This document shows positions 11,658-21,063 of a stretch of 58,672 bases of DNA, in pieces (the first letter of the stretch is position 1; each line of letters opens with the position of its first letter). The stretch covers positions 1 through 58,672 of the forward strand of contig JAOADC010000022.1 in the NCBI GenBank assembly GCA_026417515.1, given 5' to 3'. The notes below the pieces were generated by a model. It saw only the letters and a program-made list of their open reading frames with translations, made no database searches and was not told the DNA's origin. Both the position numbers and the translations under genes were made by a program. Source of the stretch: Actinomycetota bacterium. GTDB lineage: Bacteria; Actinomycetota; Aquicultoria; SKW223.

Positions 11658-12388
11658 AATTAGGCGAAAGACTTAAAGAAGCAAGACACAAAAAGGGTCT
11701 ATCTCTAAAAGAGGTTCAAACGGAACTTAGAATTCGTAGTTCTTACCTGGAAGCAATGGAAAACAATAACTTCGACGTTATTCCTGGTGAAGCTTATCGT
11801 CGCGCTTTCCTAAGAACCTACGCTGAATTCTTGGGATTGGATGCAAACGAATTATTAAGAGAATACGAAACCATTTACGGAAAACCCGAACATTATGAAG
11901 GACCAGCAAAGGAATTCAAGTTTTCAAGCACGATTTTTCGCATCATTGCCATTTTAATAGGAGCAGGAATTGTTTTTGCTGCGATAAAGTTAGCTCTCCC
12001 TGAACAAAAACCTAAGCCTGAACTCCCTCAGGCACCTGTTGATATAACAAAAGAAACTACTGTTACAAGAGAGACTACAGAAACAACATCAAAGACTCCA
12101 TCCACAGGTAAGGGAGTCAAGAAATCTGAAGTTTTTTCCTTCAAGATAGAGGTAACTGAAGACAAATGCTGGATTGATATAAGAGAAAAAACAACAGGGA
12201 AAAGTTTAATCTCAAAAACATTGAATCAAGGTCAGTACTTCGAAACGACTTCTTCTACGACTCTTACCGCTATCATTGGTTTTCCAAAAGGAGTTGCCAT
12301 CTTTCATAACGAAAGGGAAGTAACTGCTATCCCAAGGCAGGGGGTTGTAAAACTCTACATAGATAGTGAAGGTGTGTCGTTCAAATGA
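11654..12388 (+). CDS. RodZ-like cytoskeleton protein (HTH - TM - C-terminal beta domain)
   Basis: The ATG at 11654 overlaps the ftsK stop. It has an XRE-type HTH (LGERLKEARHKKGLSLKEV), one TM helix, a T/P/E-rich linker and a DUF4115-like C-terminus. Confidence 0.7.
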   Translation: MKLGERLKEARHKKGLSLKEVQTELRIRSSYLEAMENNNFDVIPGEAYRRAFLRTYAEFLGLDANELLREYETIYGKPEHYEGPAKEFKFSSTIFRIIAILIGAGIVFAAIKLALPEQKPKPELPQAPVDITKETTVTRETTETTSKTPSTGKGVKKSEVFSFKIEVTEDKCWIDIREKTTGKSLISKTLNQGQYFETTSSTTLTAIIGFPKGVAIFHNEREVTAIPRQGVVKLYIDSEGVSFK

Positions 12389-13569
12389 AAGGGAATCCCT
12401 TCTTTTACGCTGATGAAGATGACATAAGGAAGGGTTTGGTTGCTGATGTCTACTTCCTTAGAGGTAAAAAAATTATGGAAAGTCTTGGTCTTAACCCCTT
12501 GGTTTATGGAGAGGTGACTGCGTCAGGAATTCCTGAAAATGGAAGTTTTGGCATCTTCTGTGGACTTGAAGAAGTACTCAGGTTGCTTGAAGGGCTTCCT
12601 GTTACAGTTAAAGCAATGCCTGAAGGAAGTCTATTCTATCCTGGTGAGCCTGTGCTTTCCATCGAAGGTGCATACAATGATTTTGGAATTTTTGAAACTG
12701 CTTTCTTGGGTTTTCTCTGTTTTTCATCTGGAATTGCCACCAAGTCTGCAAGGATGAAATTAAACTGTCTCGATAAACCTGTATACAGTTTTGGAGCAAG
12801 AAGGACCCATCCTTCTATCGCCCCTGCTGTTGAAAGAGCAGCATATATTGGTGGATGCGATGGCGTTGCCACAATCGCAGCTGCAGAAATTCTTGGCTTA
12901 AAACCAGTTGGAACAATGGCTCATGCCTACATCATTGCAATCGGAGATCCAAAGGAAGCATATATAAATTATGATCGATTCATTGATGAGGATATCCCCA
13001 GGGTTGCGCTCATTGACACATTTGAGGACGAAAAATTTGGTGCTTTGACGGCAGCAGAAGCGCTTGGAGAAAGACTCTATGCTGTTAGATTGGATACACC
13101 TGGATCGAGAAGAGGTAACTTTCGAAAAATAATTGAAGAGGTAAGATGGGAACTTAATCTAAGGGGATATTCGAATGTAAAGATATTTATAAGTGGAGGG
13201 ATTGATGAGAATACTGTAAAGGAGCTCTATGAAATCGTAGATGCCTTTGGAATTGGAACTGCCATTTCCAACGCAAGAGTGATTGATTTTTCTTTCGATA
13301 TCGTTGAAAAAGAAGGAAAACCAATAGCCAAAAGAGGCAAGAAAAGTGGGCGTAAACAGGTATATGAATGCAAGGATTGTTTGAAGCATAGAGTATTGCC
13401 TGAAGAAAGTGAAATTCCAACCTGTCCAGAGTGCTTATCAAAAATGGAACCACTTCTGCTAACTTACATCGATGGAGGTTTGAGAATTGTTAAGGAGGAA
13501 AAGCCACAGTTCAGCAGGGATAGAACTATCAAATATCTTAGAAAGATTAAGGAAGTCAGTTTGGATTAA
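12385..13569 (+). CDS. pncB: Nicotinate phosphoribosyltransferase, archaeal type with C-terminal zinc knuckle
   Basis: It has type II PRTase similarity and is 394 aa. The C-terminus carries CKDC...CPEC. It overlaps the preceding gene by ATGA. Confidence 0.8.
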   Translation: MKGNPFFYADEDDIRKGLVADVYFLRGKKIMESLGLNPLVYGEVTASGIPENGSFGIFCGLEEVLRLLEGLPVTVKAMPEGSLFYPGEPVLSIEGAYNDFGIFETAFLGFLCFSSGIATKSARMKLNCLDKPVYSFGARRTHPSIAPAVERAAYIGGCDGVATIAAAEILGLKPVGTMAHAYIIAIGDPKEAYINYDRFIDEDIPRVALIDTFEDEKFGALTAAEALGERLYAVRLDTPGSRRGNFRKIIEEVRWELNLRGYSNVKIFISGGIDENTVKELYEIVDAFGIGTAISNARVIDFSFDIVEKEGKPIAKRGKKSGRKQVYECKDCLKHRVLPEESEIPTCPECLSKMEPLLLTYIDGGLRIVKEEKPQFSRDRTIKYLRKIKEVSLD

Positions 13570-14632
13570 GTTCCTTCTTTTGCTGATTTTGTTTTTTGCA
13601 ATTAAAACCCCTATAAATGCTAGCAATAAGAAGATATTTTCAGAGAAACCTTCAGTTAAATCGACAAATTATGTTTTAATGGACTTTTCTTCAGGAACTG
13701 TACTTGCTGCAAAGGGCGAAAACGAGAGTCGCCCCATAGCTTCATTAACAAAAATTATGACGGCACTCTTGACAATTTCTGAGGTAAAGAAATTGGAAAC
13801 CACTGTTGTTGCAACGAAAAGTTCTGTTGATGCAGGAGAATCTGAGATCTATCTTGAACCGGGTGAAAAGCTTTATTTAAGGGAACTTATCTTTGCTCTT
13901 ATGCTTAAATCTGCTAATGATGCAGCCCTTGCCATAGCTGAAAGTGTTTCTGGAAGAAAGGAGATATTCACTGCTCTAATGAATAATAAAGCACTTGAGA
14001 TAGGTGCCAGGAATACTTCGTTTATGAATCCCCACGGGTTAGATGAAAGCGGTCACTATTCAACCGCTTATGATATGGCATTGATTGCTCGTGAAGCTCT
14101 TGCTTATCCGACTTTCAGAGATGTTGTTTCAACAAGAGAAATGCTTATAAGGTGGCTGAACAAAGATAAAACCTTTAAAGCATATAATCACAACAAACTG
14201 ATTTCTAAATACCCCTTCGTCAAGGGTATAAAGACTGGGTACACCAGAAAATCAGGTCACTGTCTTGCCACCTTTGCTGAGAAGGATGGAAAAAAATTGA
14301 TCTGTATCGTTTTGAACGCCCCTTCTGCAAAAGATTGCTATGATGATACATTGAAACTTCTCGATTATGGTTTTCGCTCTCTTGTGAAAACAAAAGTTCT
14401 TAAAAAAGGAAAAAGAATTGAAAAAATACGAATTAAGAAAAGAACATTCAGTATAATTCCTTATGCAAATTTGAGCATTTATTTGCCTTTTGGTGATAGA
14501 GAATCATTATCTTATAGATTCATTCCAACAAGAAAAACGAACGGCTCCAACCTCTACGGATTTTTGAAGATTTATTACAAAGGTAGATTGATTGGTGTTT
14601 CCACAGCAGATGCCGTGGAAATTAAGCCATAA
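13487..14632 (+). CDS. D-alanyl-D-alanine carboxypeptidase (peptidase S11, PBP5 type)
   Basis: A hydrophobic signal/anchor segment is followed by SLTK (SxxK), SAND (SxN) and KTG boxes. The TTG start lies 7 nt after GGAGG, inside the 3' end of pncB. Confidence 0.85.
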   Translation: MLRRKSHSSAGIELSNILERLRKSVWIKFLLLLILFFAIKTPINASNKKIFSEKPSVKSTNYVLMDFSSGTVLAAKGENESRPIASLTKIMTALLTISEVKKLETTVVATKSSVDAGESEIYLEPGEKLYLRELIFALMLKSANDAALAIAESVSGRKEIFTALMNNKALEIGARNTSFMNPHGLDESGHYSTAYDMALIAREALAYPTFRDVVSTREMLIRWLNKDKTFKAYNHNKLISKYPFVKGIKTGYTRKSGHCLATFAEKDGKKLICIVLNAPSAKDCYDDTLKLLDYGFRSLVKTKVLKKGKRIEKIRIKKRTFSIIPYANLSIYLPFGDRESLSYRFIPTRKTNGSNLYGFLKIYYKGRLIGVSTADAVEIKP

Positions 14633-14675
14633 ATTATTTGGATTGAACTTGTTTAATGAATAAAATTTAAAAGTT

Positions 14676-15785
14676 ATGACCAAGAGACTTCCAGCAGAAA
14701 AATGGCACATTTCAAAAAAGGCAAAGATGGTACCCTTTGCTGGTTATTATATGCCTCTTGCATACTCTGGCATCATAGAAGAACACCTTGCAGTAAGAGA
14801 AAGATCTGGATTTTTTGATATTTCTCATATGGGCCAGATACTTGTGAAGGGAATTGATGCAGCAGGCTGGCTAAACACGATGACATGTAACGACGTTTTT
14901 AATCTAAACCCAAATAAAGCACAGTACTCAATGTTTCTAAACGAAAATGGAGGAGTTATCGATGACATTATCGTTTATATGATCTCAGTCGATGAATTCC
15001 TCATAGTTGTCAATGCTGCCAACTTAGAAAAGGATTACAACTGGCTCAAGTCACACGAAAAGGGAATTGTTAAAGTCATAGATAAATCCGAGGAGTTTGG
15101 TCTTATTGCAATTGCTGGTAAGAAGTCGAGAGATATTCTCTCAAGAATTATTCCAACTAGCAATATACCAAACAGTTCCTTCCATTTTAAGAAAGGGGTT
15201 TATCGAGACTACGAGATTATCGTAAGTGCAACCGGATATACTGGCGAGGAAGTAACTTTTGAAATCTTCTTACCTGCTGATAAGACAGCTGAGTTTCTGG
15301 ATACCCTTTATTCAGTTGGATCAGAGTTTTTCTGCTTGCCATGTGGTATAGGCGCTCGAGATTCATTAAGAATCGAGGCATCTCTGCCTCTATACGGAAA
15401 TGAACTTAAGGAGGACAGGACACCCCTTGAAAGCGACCTAAAATGGGTTGTTAAGTTAAAGAAACCTTCAGATTTTATTGGTAAGAATGCAATTTCAAAA
15501 CAGTTAAACGAGGGATATGAAAATACCATTGGATATTTTGTTCTCAGTTCTGAGGGACCCATTCCAAGAACATCTCATAAAGTTTTTAATTCAAGTGGAG
15601 AAATAATTGGGGAAGTCACATCTGGAACATATTCTCCGTTACTTGAAAAACCAATTTTTATGGCTTTTGTAAACAAAAACTACGCAGTTCCTGGCTCGCA
15701 GGTTTATGTTGAGGTTCGAGACAAGAATCTTAGTGCTCTGGCTGTAGAGAAGCCATTCCTAAAACTGTGGAAAAAAGGAGGATGA
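14676..15785 (+). CDS. gcvT: Glycine cleavage system aminomethyltransferase T protein
   Basis: The N-terminus KAKMVPFAGYYMPLAYS and the overall GcvT pattern are present, and the gene heads the gcv cluster. Confidence 0.95.
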   Translation: MTKRLPAEKWHISKKAKMVPFAGYYMPLAYSGIIEEHLAVRERSGFFDISHMGQILVKGIDAAGWLNTMTCNDVFNLNPNKAQYSMFLNENGGVIDDIIVYMISVDEFLIVVNAANLEKDYNWLKSHEKGIVKVIDKSEEFGLIAIAGKKSRDILSRIIPTSNIPNSSFHFKKGVYRDYEIIVSATGYTGEEVTFEIFLPADKTAEFLDTLYSVGSEFFCLPCGIGARDSLRIEASLPLYGNELKEDRTPLESDLKWVVKLKKPSDFIGKNAISKQLNEGYENTIGYFVLSSEGPIPRTSHKVFNSSGEIIGEVTSGTYSPLLEKPIFMAFVNKNYAVPGSQVYVEVRDKNLSALAVEKPFLKLWKKGG

Positions 15786-16180
15786 TGAATTTGCAAAAGT
15801 ATCCAAACGATAGACTTTATTATGAACAACATGAATGGGTTAAGCAGGTTGATGAAAAAACAGTCATTGTGGGAATCTCTTATCATGCTCAGGATTCACT
15901 TGGTGACATAGTTTATATCTCAGAACCTGAAGTTGAAAAGGAAATACAAAAAGGGGATGAAATTGCTGAAATAGAATCTGTTAAAGCAGTCTCTCAAATA
16001 TACGCTCCAGTATCCGGAAGAATAGTCGAAGTCAACAAAAATGCAATAGATAATCCAGAAATAATTAACCGAGATCCTTATGAGGAAGGTTGGTTAGTAA
16101 AGATTGAATTAACCAACCCATCTGAACTTGAAGAACTGATGGATGCGAATGCCTATAGGTCTTTTGTGGAGGAAGGATAG
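15782..16180 (+). CDS. gcvH: Glycine cleavage system H protein
   Basis: It has the lipoyl-lysine motif ESVKAVS and YYEQHEWV. Tandem ATGs at 15782/15785 overlap the gcvT stop. Confidence 0.95.
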   Translation: MMNLQKYPNDRLYYEQHEWVKQVDEKTVIVGISYHAQDSLGDIVYISEPEVEKEIQKGDEIAEIESVKAVSQIYAPVSGRIVEVNKNAIDNPEIINRDPYEEGWLVKIELTNPSELEELMDANAYRSFVEEG

Positions 16181-17527
16181 GTGGACTTCGTTTCTCATAA
16201 CGATAGAGACATCTTAGAAATGTTAAAAGTAATCGGAGTCGATAATCTCGATGAACTGATCTCAAAAACCATACCAGAAAAGGCTCGCTTTTACGGACAT
16301 CTAAACTTGGGAAAACCAAAGTCTGAGCTCGAGGTGGTAAAGGAACTTGAGAAACTATCAAGGCTAAATTCACCAGAAAAAGGTTTGAAATCATTCTTAG
16401 GAGCAGGAGTCTATGACCACTTTATTCCATCAGTTGTTGAAGCAGTAACTTCTAGACCTGAATTCTTTACATCTTACACTCCGTATCAGGCAGAAGCCTC
16501 TCAGGGGACCCTTGCCGCCATCTTTGAATTTCAAACCATTATCGCCGAACTTACAGGTATGGATGTTGCAAATGCCTCTATGTATGATGGAGCAACAGCA
16601 CTGGCAGAAGCTGTTTTAATGGCACGAAGGCTTTCAAAATCTTCATTTCCAGGCAAGGTCCTTATTTTAGAACCTGTCCATCCTTTATATATCGAGGTTA
16701 CAAAGTCATACACCGAACCACATGGCATTGAATTAATAGCCAAAAAACACATAAACGGAATTCCCATGCTTGACGAATTACCAGATTCTTCTGATTTCTT
16801 TGCTCTTGTAATCCAGCAGCCAACTTTTTTTGGGACAATCCACGATTACACCGACATCATACGTAAGGCAAAAGAAAGTGGCATTCTTACAATTGTTGTC
16901 CACGACCCCCATCTTCTTTCCATCTTAGAGCCCCCAGGAACCATTGGTGCTGACATATGTGTTGGTGAAGCCCAATCATTTGGAAATCCACTTAACTTCG
17001 GCGGTCCTTTGCTTGGATACTTTGCAACCAAGAAAGAGCACCTCAGGCAAATGCCAGGCAGAATCGTTGGAGAGACTGTTGACGCTGACGGCAACAGGGC
17101 ATTTGTAATGACCCTTCAAACAAGAGAACAGCATATAAGAAGAGAAAGGGCGACATCAAACATCTGCACCAATGAAGCGCTTTGCGCTCTTGCAGCAACT
17201 GTTTATGCTTCATGGTATGGTCCTGAAGGTCTTAAAGAACTGGCAAAGACCATCCTTTTAAAAACAGATTATGCTTCAAACCTTCTCGGAAATCTGCGAA
17301 GCATCCCCTTCAGAGGTCCATTTTTCAAGGATTTTGTTGTTGCTTTAAAAAACGATGCAGAAAAAGTGGTCACTGATTCAATCGAGAAAGGTGTGATTCC
17401 AGGAATTCCCCTCAAACATATCCTGAAGGATGCAGACAGCAACCTACTTATGGTCTCTGTAACTGAAAAAAATACTAGGGAGGATATCGATCTTCTGGCT
17501 AAGATTATAGAAGAGGTGGATAGATGA
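16181..17527 (+). CDS. gcvPA: Glycine dehydrogenase (decarboxylating) subunit 1
   Basis: This is a split P protein; the GTG start follows GGAGGAAGG and the protein is 448 aa. Confidence 0.95.
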   Translation: MDFVSHNDRDILEMLKVIGVDNLDELISKTIPEKARFYGHLNLGKPKSELEVVKELEKLSRLNSPEKGLKSFLGAGVYDHFIPSVVEAVTSRPEFFTSYTPYQAEASQGTLAAIFEFQTIIAELTGMDVANASMYDGATALAEAVLMARRLSKSSFPGKVLILEPVHPLYIEVTKSYTEPHGIELIAKKHINGIPMLDELPDSSDFFALVIQQPTFFGTIHDYTDIIRKAKESGILTIVVHDPHLLSILEPPGTIGADICVGEAQSFGNPLNFGGPLLGYFATKKEHLRQMPGRIVGETVDADGNRAFVMTLQTREQHIRRERATSNICTNEALCALAATVYASWYGPEGLKELAKTILLKTDYASNLLGNLRSIPFRGPFFKDFVVALKNDAEKVVTDSIEKGVIPGIPLKHILKDADSNLLMVSVTEKNTREDIDLLAKIIEEVDR

Positions 17528-18978
17528 GAACTCCTATAATTTTTGACTATTCAAAGCCGGGAAAAAAAGCTTACAACCTTCCTGAGATAGATGTTCCAGA
17601 AAAGGAAATTTCAGAACTGATTCCTGAAAATCTAATAAGGAAAACTAAACCGAGGCTGCCTGAAGTGTCTGAGTTTGAAATTGTAAGACACTATCACAGT
17701 CTCGCCAGGCGCAACTACGCCATCGATGATGGTATTTATCCTCTTGGTTCCTGTACAATGAAATACAATCCTAGAGTCAATGAAAGAGTTGCCAAGTTGT
17801 CTGGATTTACCAATCTGCATCCACTAACACCTCAAGAACTATCTCAGGGCGCTCTCAAACTTATGTTTGACCTCGGTGAAATGCTTAAAGAGATAACAGG
17901 AATGGATGCTGTTAGCCTCGCTCCTGCTGCAGGTGCACACGGAGAACTTACCGGACTCCTTATAATGCGCACCTATTTTAAACATAAAAATGAAAAAAGA
18001 ACCAAGGTACTTATACCTGATTCTGCCCACGGCACCAATCCAGCTTCGGTAATGATGGCTGGCTTCGAACCAATCCAGATAAAGAGCAATGAAGACGGAT
18101 ACATAACCCTTAAAGAAGTTAAAGATCATCTTGATAAAGACGTAGCAGCACTTATGGTCACAAACCCAAATACGCTTGGTATTTTTGAACCAGAAATAGT
18201 GGAGATAATAGAGGCTCTTCATGAAAATGGTTCAATTGCTTATACAGATGGTGCTAACTTAAATGCTCTCATAGGAATATCAAGACCTGGCGATATAGGT
18301 TTTGATATCATACAGTTAAATCTTCATAAAACATTCTCCTCACCACATGGTGGGGGAGGACCAGGAAGCGGTCCTGTTTTAGTTAAAGAATACCTGAAAG
18401 ATTTTCTTCCAGTTCCTGTGGTTTCAGAGAAAAACGGTCATTACTTCTTAGATTACGATGTAAAAAATACCTGCGGAATGATAAAACTATTTTATGGAAA
18501 CTTCTCAGTGATGATAAAAGCCTTTACCTACATCCTAATGCTTGGCGAAAAGGGATTGGTAAAATCTTCAAAAACTGCCATTCTTAATGCAAATTATCTT
18601 AAGAAGAAGATAGAGAATCCTTATTTCAAGAACGCATCAAACCTGACACCTATGCATGAATTCGTTGTTTCGGCACTTCCTTTAAAGAAAGAAACAGGCG
18701 TTAGAGCCCTCGACATTGCAAAAGCCCTTCTTGATAGAGGACTTCATGCCCCAACAATGTATTTTCCTTTAATTGTTGAAGAAGCGCTAATGATAGAGCC
18801 CACTGAAACAGAAAGCAAGGAATCACTCGATAAATTCGCAGAGGTTATTCAGGACATAGTAAAACAAGCCTTAGAAAACAGGGATTCCATCATAAACACA
18901 CCTGTAAAAACACCCATCAAGCGAGTGAACGAAGCCCAGGCTTCTCGAAATCCAAAGTTAAAATGGCTGGCAGATTAA
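17524..18978 (+). CDS. gcvPB: Glycine dehydrogenase (decarboxylating) subunit 2
   Basis: It overlaps gcvPA by ATGA. The PLP-lysine region LNLHKTFSSPHGGGGPG is present. Confidence 0.95.
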   Translation: MRTPIIFDYSKPGKKAYNLPEIDVPEKEISELIPENLIRKTKPRLPEVSEFEIVRHYHSLARRNYAIDDGIYPLGSCTMKYNPRVNERVAKLSGFTNLHPLTPQELSQGALKLMFDLGEMLKEITGMDAVSLAPAAGAHGELTGLLIMRTYFKHKNEKRTKVLIPDSAHGTNPASVMMAGFEPIQIKSNEDGYITLKEVKDHLDKDVAALMVTNPNTLGIFEPEIVEIIEALHENGSIAYTDGANLNALIGISRPGDIGFDIIQLNLHKTFSSPHGGGGPGSGPVLVKEYLKDFLPVPVVSEKNGHYFLDYDVKNTCGMIKLFYGNFSVMIKAFTYILMLGEKGLVKSSKTAILNANYLKKKIENPYFKNASNLTPMHEFVVSALPLKKETGVRALDIAKALLDRGLHAPTMYFPLIVEEALMIEPTETESKESLDKFAEVIQDIVKQALENRDSIINTPVKTPIKRVNEAQASRNPKLKWLAD

Positions 18979-19739
18979 GATTTCTGCTTGAACCAGAAAG
19001 GTCAGGGCCTTTTAATATGGCCCGCGACTTTTACTTTCTTAAGCAACTTGATGAAAATCCTGAACTTCCTGGTATTTTTACTGTCTATTCATTTAAGAAA
19101 CCATGTCTTTCATTAGGCAAGTTTCAAAAATCAGATGACGAAATTGTTTTTTCTTCAAAAAGATGTGGATTCGATGTTGTAAGAAGACCAACAGGTGGAA
19201 GAGCCGTATTACATGGCCCTTTTGAAAAAACTTACTCTCTTATATTATCAGTGGAATATGGTTTTAAGCCACGAAAAATAAGAGAAACCTACAACAGCCT
19301 TATGCCTATTTTTGATAACTTTCTAATGCAGTTTGGAATAAAAACATCCGATTCAAAAATCTCCAAGAAGGATCTTAATACGACCCTCAAAAACATTTGC
19401 TTCCTCGAAATTCACAGGTCTGACGTTTCAGTGAACGGTAAGAAAGCATTTGGAAACGCTCTCCTCTGGTTAAGAAATGCCTTTCTAATCCACGGAAGCA
19501 TCTACCTACGATTTGATGAGGTTCTTTTTAAAGATATTTTCGGATATGAAGCCGCACAGATATTTAAAAGCCAAACTTTCTTCCTTGAAGATACTCTGAA
19601 AGAAAAAACGAATGATAAGGCCATTGTAGACGCTTTTCTTCGTTCTCTTCAAATGTTTGGTTTTGAAATTGAAAGGACAACAATCGCACCTGAAGAAGAA
19701 GCAGAAATCAAGAAACTGGAACATATATTTTCTATTTAA
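18963..19739 (+). CDS. Lipoate-protein ligase / octanoyltransferase family protein (BPL_LplA_LipB catalytic domain only)
   Basis: It has the RRPTGGRAVLHG motif, is 258 aa, overlaps gcvPB by 16 nt and sits next to its likely GcvH substrate. Confidence 0.75.
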   Translation: MAGRLRFLLEPERSGPFNMARDFYFLKQLDENPELPGIFTVYSFKKPCLSLGKFQKSDDEIVFSSKRCGFDVVRRPTGGRAVLHGPFEKTYSLILSVEYGFKPRKIRETYNSLMPIFDNFLMQFGIKTSDSKISKKDLNTTLKNICFLEIHRSDVSVNGKKAFGNALLWLRNAFLIHGSIYLRFDEVLFKDIFGYEAAQIFKSQTFFLEDTLKEKTNDKAIVDAFLRSLQMFGFEIERTTIAPEEEAEIKKLEHIFSI

Positions 19740-19784
19740 TTAAAATATTGTTAAACTGAAACTTTAAAGTTAAGATTAATTCTG

Positions 19785-20312
19785 GTGATTAAAATGTCCA
19801 ACAATAGTTTTGCAAAAATTGAAAAGGCTCTTCTTTCTCTTGAGAATCTTTCTCAGAAAGAAATCGAAAACTCACTTGAATTCCTTTATGAGGAAGAAAA
19901 AAGGTTATCCAAAAAGAGACGCGAACTACACTTAAAGATAGATGAAACCAGAAAAGAAATCCTTTTAAGGCTAAAGAATCAGAAGAGGAAGGTAAGAAAA
20001 GAGGTTCTTGAAAACCTTGTAAAATCCCTTCTCAATCCAATCTTGAATTTACCAAAAGAACTATTGGTAGAAGACGAAAGAAATCCTGACCTGACAGTTG
20101 ATGTTAAATCCCTCAATTTTGAAGAAATTGAAAACTACTATAACCAACTTAGGGAAGAGGAGGCTCTGGTAAGTTTTAAGAGAAGGCTTGTCCAGGGAAA
20201 AATTGATCTGTTAAAAAACTGGCTTAGCCTAAAACAGACTATGCAAGAAGGAGCAAGTGACGAAGAGTTTGCTCGTACGTTAACAAAGTTACTCTCTGAA
20301 AAAGGCTTTTAA
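19785..20312 (+). CDS. Coiled-coil protein with two RsiG-type E-x3-S-x2-R-x3-Q-x3-D motifs (candidate c-di-GMP-binding protein)
   Basis: The composition is helical and K/E/L-rich. Residues 38-53 read EKRLSKKRRELHLKID and residues 126-141 read EALVSFKRRLVQGKID, forming an internal repeat. The start is GTG 19785 or ATG 19794. Confidence 0.6.
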   Translation: MIKMSNNSFAKIEKALLSLENLSQKEIENSLEFLYEEEKRLSKKRRELHLKIDETRKEILLRLKNQKRKVRKEVLENLVKSLLNPILNLPKELLVEDERNPDLTVDVKSLNFEEIENYYNQLREEEALVSFKRRLVQGKIDLLKNWLSLKQTMQEGASDEEFARTLTKLLSEKGF

Positions 20313-20325
20313 AGGAGGGTTTAGG

Positions 20326-20589
20326 GTGGCAGAAAAAAGACTCAGCGAAATCATCATGAAGTTTTTTGAAGAGATGGCAGTGGATGTGCTCGAAGAAAGA
20401 GTTGTTCAATATATCATCCGAGAGCTCAAAAATGGAAGAAAACTCCAGGAAATACTCAAAGACCCCTATGTCACAAATAGAATTCCAGAAGAGAGAATTA
20501 CAGATTTGCTGGCAAACAAGGAACTAATAGAAACCCTTGAAAAGGAAATACAAAAAACATTTGAAAAAGATCTGAATGTCTTCGATTAG
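20326..20589 (+). CDS. Hypothetical 87-aa acidic helical protein
   Basis: The GTG start lies 6 nt after AAAGGAGGG. It is tightly spaced between the coiled-coil gene and the FHA gene. I recognised no family. Confidence 0.6.
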   Translation: MAEKRLSEIIMKFFEEMAVDVLEERVVQYIIRELKNGRKLQEILKDPYVTNRIPEERITDLLANKELIETLEKEIQKTFEKDLNVFD

Positions 20590-20598
20590 GGAGAGGCT

Positions 20599-21063
20599 AT
20601 GACTATCAGATGCCCGAAATGTGGCACTGAAAATGATGAAACAGCAAAGAATTGCAAGGGTTGTGGCTTTGATATAAAGGAGCAAACTGTTGCCTTCGGG
20701 CCGGAGGAATCTGAAATAGTCAAAGGACAGATTTTTATTAATGTTCTCCCAAAGAAGAAGACTTTAACTGTTATCTTTCCTGAAAATATCAAGGAAACTT
20801 TCGAACTTGAGAATGGAACATATAGGGTTGGTAGGAATGAAAACAGTGAAATATTTTTAAATGACCTTACAGTTTCAAGAAACCATGCTGAAATCACGGT
20901 TAAAGGATCTGAAGTAATCATAAGTGACCTTGGAAGCCTAAATGGTACTTTCATAAACGGAAAGATAATCGATGGACCTCAGAAATTAAGAGACGGAGAC
21001 ATTATACAGTTCGGTAGATTCAGGCTTCTCTTTAAGGTCGGAGAGGTGAAGGAAAGTGAGTGA
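20599..21063 (+). CDS. Zinc-ribbon plus FHA domain protein
   Basis: An N-terminal CPKCG...CKGCG zinc ribbon is followed by the FHA core YRVGRN...VSRNHAEI...DLGSLNGTFINGK...GDIIQFG. Confidence 0.88.
   Translation: MTIRCPKCGTENDETAKNCKGCGFDIKEQTVAFGPEESEIVKGQIFINVLPKKKTLTVIFPENIKETFELENGTYRVGRNENSEIFLNDLTVSRNHAEITVKGSEVIISDLGSLNGTFINGKIIDGPQKLRDGDIIQFGRFRLLFKVGEVKESE

Noticed and set aside
14633-14675. A glycine riboswitch was expected upstream of gcvT.
   Set aside because: Only 43 nt separate the preceding stop from the gcvT start, too short for even a single glycine aptamer. No conserved aptamer core was seen.
20586-20954. A 122-aa minus-strand ORF lies opposite the Zn-ribbon-FHA gene. Similar antisense or alternative-frame ORFs occur at 27341-27688, 57905-58342, 50034-50498, 1323-1616, 5861-6232, 17839-18222 and elsewhere.
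   Set aside because: All lie inside genes with strong family motifs on the other strand or frame, lack SD sequences and have biased junk-like composition. I treat them as shadow ORFs.
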